From Alphaproteobacteria bacterium (GTDB taxonomy: Bacteria; Pseudomonadota; Alphaproteobacteria; GCA-2731375): 64,000 bases of DNA. Made by a program: the position numbers and the translations under genes. This document shows positions 62,013-64,000 of this stretch, one piece after another. Below the pieces are notes generated by a model. That model ran no database searches and was not told the DNA's origin. It saw only the letters and a program-made list of their open reading frames with translations. The DNA is taken from assembly GCA_965232515.1 (NCBI GenBank), contig CBDDPY010000002.1:4480001-4544000 (forward strand), in the 5' to 3' direction. The first letter of the stretch is position 1, and the number at the start of each line of letters is the position of its first letter.

Positions 62013-62567
62013 ATGTTCATTCAGACCGAGGCCACACCGAATCCAGCGACGTTGAAGTTCCTGCCCGGACTCGAGGTTCTGGCCAGAGGCACCGCCGATT
62101 TCCCCGACGTGGAGAGCGCCGACCGGTCGCCGCTGGCGCGCCGGCTGTTCGAGATCGACGGCGTGTCCCGGGTCTTTCTGGGCGCCGATTTCATCACGGT
62201 AACCAAGATCGATGGCGAATGGCACCATCTGAAGCCGGCCATCCTGGGCGCCATCATGGAGCATTTCACCGCCGGTCTGCCTGTCATCGAGGAAGACCAG
62301 GCAATGTCGGCGCATGGCGCCAGCGTCGCCGAGGCCGACCGGGAGGTCGTCGATCAGATCGTTGAACTGCTCGACACGCGGGTGCGGCCGGCGGTCGCCA
62401 TGGACGGCGGCGATATTGTCTTCCAAGGCTTCGAAGAAGGTGTCGTCTATCTGCACATGCAGGGCGCCTGCGCCGGTTGTCCGAGTTCTACGGCGACCTT
62501 GAAGCACGGCATCGAGAACATGCTCCGCCATTACATTCCCGAGGTCGTCGAAGTCCGACAGGCCTGA
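62013..62567 (+). CDS. nfuA: NifU/NfuA Fe-S carrier
   Basis: MFIQTE.TPNPATLKFLPG, RVRPAVA.DGGD, GACAGCPSS. Confidence 0.92.
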   Translation: MFIQTEATPNPATLKFLPGLEVLARGTADFPDVESADRSPLARRLFEIDGVSRVFLGADFITVTKIDGEWHHLKPAILGAIMEHFTAGLPVIEEDQAMSAHGASVAEADREVVDQIVELLDTRVRPAVAMDGGDIVFQGFEEGVVYLHMQGACAGCPSSTATLKHGIENMLRHYIPEVVEVRQA

Positions 62568-62662
62568 GCCCGATCCAGCCTAAATTTGTCGCTTGACGAA
62601 CGCGGCGGCGGTCTGCCAGATCGCTGCATCCGCGGCGTGTCGCCGGCTCGATCTGGACAGGA

Positions 62663-63694
62663 ATGACAATAACAATTGCCCTATCGGCGTCGCCGCCTAA
62701 TGGACGTTTGCCCCGGCTAACCGTCCGGAACGCACGTTTCGCTCCAGCTTTGTTTCTGACTTGCGCGCTGCTTGGCGGCGCCGTTCCGGCGGCGGCCACC
62801 GAGGTCTTCGGATCGGCGCCGATTGGCGGCGGCGCGAGGTTTGCGGAACCGGCCGCGGTCACGACCGGCTGGCCGGCGGGTTTGATCGACGCCGATGGCC
62901 TGCGGCGAAAGTTCGATCGCCTGCAATACGATCTGGATCAGGTGCGCCAGGGCAATCTGAATGTGCCGCGCATCTTTGTGTCGGTTCTGCCCGGTGACCT
63001 GAAGGCGCTTCGGTCCACCGCCACGCGCAAGCGACTGTTCATCCAGATGATCCTGCCATTGATATTACGGGCGAACGAGCGGGTGCTGGCCGATCGTCAA
63101 CGCCTGCTCTCGATCGACCGCCAGGTCGCGCGCGGTTATCCGGTTCTGGCATCGGACCGGATGTTTCTGATCAGTCTGGCCAAGACCTACGGGCTCGAAA
63201 AGCCGGATCTGGCGGAGCTCAAGCGACGCGTCGATTTCGTGCCGCCGTCGTTGGCGTTGGCGCAGGCTGCCGAGGAGTCCGGCTGGGGCACGTCGCGATT
63301 CGCCATCCGCGGCAACGCGGTGTTCGGCCAGCATACGTTTACGCGGGGCGCCGGCATGGTGCCGCGGCGGCGCGACGCCGGAAAGCGGCATGAAGTAAGG
63401 ACATTCAACGGCCTCTACCATTCGGTGGCGTCCTATCTGCGGAACCTGAACACCCACCCCGCCTATGAAGATTTTCGGGCGCTGCGGGCCGGCAAGCGGG
63501 CGTTGGGGCATGATTTGAATGGCTATACGCTGGCGGCCGCGCTGCAGCGGTATTCCGAGCGCGGTTCGGATTACATCCGCAGCATCCGCGATATCATGCG
63601 CGTCAACCAGATGTGGAACTTCGACCACGTCCGGCTGATCCCTGCGGAGCCGGATCCGCACACATCGACATCACCGCTCGAGATCGATTCCTAG
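62663..63694 (+). CDS. Bax-like glucosaminidase (GH73-like) protein
   Basis: RK.LFI..ILP, VPPSLALAQAAEESGWGTSRF, NLNTHPAY, YSERG..Y. Confidence 0.85.
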   Translation: MTITIALSASPPNGRLPRLTVRNARFAPALFLTCALLGGAVPAAATEVFGSAPIGGGARFAEPAAVTTGWPAGLIDADGLRRKFDRLQYDLDQVRQGNLNVPRIFVSVLPGDLKALRSTATRKRLFIQMILPLILRANERVLADRQRLLSIDRQVARGYPVLASDRMFLISLAKTYGLEKPDLAELKRRVDFVPPSLALAQAAEESGWGTSRFAIRGNAVFGQHTFTRGAGMVPRRRDAGKRHEVRTFNGLYHSVASYLRNLNTHPAYEDFRALRAGKRALGHDLNGYTLAAALQRYSERGSDYIRSIRDIMRVNQMWNFDHVRLIPAEPDPHTSTSPLEIDS

Positions 63695-63748
63695 GCCGGC
63701 AGCAACAGAACCGCCGGCGCCGAGGGCCCGCGGCATTTGAGCTGAACG

Positions 63749-64000
63749 TCAGGCTTTCGGGATAAAGAACTGAACGCCGAACCAACGCCAACGGCCGTCG
63801 CCTGCGGGTAACGTGCAGTTGATCCGGCCGCGCCCCGGTTCAAAGGCCTCGTCAATCCGCACCTCGATCCGATTCGGTCCCAGTCGCTCCAACCGCGCCG
63901 CGCCGGACTGATTCGAGGCATAGCAATTGAGCCGGTCCAGTCGCTTGATGCGCTGGTCGACGGTGAAGCCGAAGGCCGGCGGGTTCTGCTCCCGCAGTAC
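63749..64000 (-). CDS. C-terminus of a probable polysaccharide deacetylase family protein, partial
   Basis: NPPAFGFTV...LNCYAS...GRGRINCTLP..DGRWRWFG ending in TGA at 63749-63751. Confidence 0.6.
   Translation of the reverse strand, partial: VLREQNPPAFGFTVDQRIKRLDRLNCYASNQSGAARLERLGPNRIEVRIDEAFEPGRGRINCTLPAGDGRWRWFGVQFFIPKA

Noticed and set aside
3016-63661. Many long overlapping ORFs (e.g. 3016-4683, 32378-34264, 40901-43579, 51006-52892)
   Set aside because: Shadow frames of recognisable genes in high-GC DNA, with no motifs of their own.

Overview
High-GC alphaproteobacterial chromosome segment, Rhodospirillales-like by gene content and order. Bases 1 to about 3087 are lower in GC and form the right end of an element inserted into comM (YifB/Mg-chelatase-like). 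It carries a RES-Xre toxin-antitoxin pair whose toxin looks catalytically degenerate, DUF3892, DUF2188, a metal-dependent hydrolase, and a tandem-HTH gene with no start codon of its own inside the element. That frame runs across the attachment junction, suggesting it is completed only on excision. The rest is mostly backbone: AidB-like dehydrogenase/LysR, treT-galT, ampG, an NsrR/truncated-globin module, olsB, phoR-pstSCAB-phoUB with a four-unit Pho box, maeB, mutS, glnD-murJ-trpS, DUF2333-usp-nfuA. Two signalling blocks interrupt the usual order: lipoprotein-RR-HK after mutS, and a co-oriented 9.6 kb cassette after trpS with two paralogous PAS hybrid kinases, two stand-alone receivers and two degenerate GGDEF/EAL-like proteins. 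No rRNA, tRNA, CRISPR array, transposase or integrase was seen. All calls come from motif recognition by eye; no searches were run.
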